Source: Eledone cirrhosa
Lineage: Eukaryota
Length of the DNA stretch: 64,000 nt
Reading direction: 5' to 3'
NCBI GenBank assembly: GCA_964016885.1
Contig: OZ024742.1
Span: 253,704,001-253,768,000, forward strand
Below are positions 63,937-64,000 of the stretch, piece after piece (the stretch's first letter is position 1; the number at the start of each line of letters is the position of its first letter). A program made the translations under genes and the position numbers. Under the pieces are notes generated by a model, which saw nothing but the letters and a program-made list of their open reading frames with translations, was not told the DNA's origin and did not search any database.

Positions 63937-64000
63937 TTGTTACATAATAAGGTTATGTTTCCGAGGCAATCCAAATTGAATCGACATGGAAACGGATGAA

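Overview
AT-rich, microsatellite-dense eukaryotic non-genic (intergenic or deep intronic) DNA. The SINE/LINE repertoire and (TA)n/(CA)n load look cephalopod (Octopus-like); that assignment is an inference. No host protein-coding exon can be supported, and nearly all short ORFs in the track are microsatellite or TE noise. The window is a nest of retroelements: several lineages of Penelope-like elements (PLEs; RT plus GIY-YIG remnants), RTE LINEs with a (GAT)n-tailed 3' UTR, a fairly young 5'-truncated L1/Tx1-type LINE (660-aa ORF, YADN in place of YADD), an R4/Dong-like remnant, a decayed Gypsy (Mag-like) LTR element with nested inserts, tRNA-derived SINEs, minisatellites and one 200-N gap. The most interesting signal is RNA-structural. 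Reading by eye I find type I hammerhead ribozyme (HHR) motifs from about six unrelated families plus several relics. One sits in a near-identical 591-bp non-coding tandem-plus-inverted array (43040-45303), where every unit carries an HHR with a compensatory U3-A8 core and a palindromic stem III, i.e. a retrozyme-like or non-autonomous PLE candidate. Many of these elements share one architecture: a head-to-head fold-back with 3' ends pointing outwards into (TA)n. All alignments and folds were done by eye, so TE boundaries are approximate (tens of bp).
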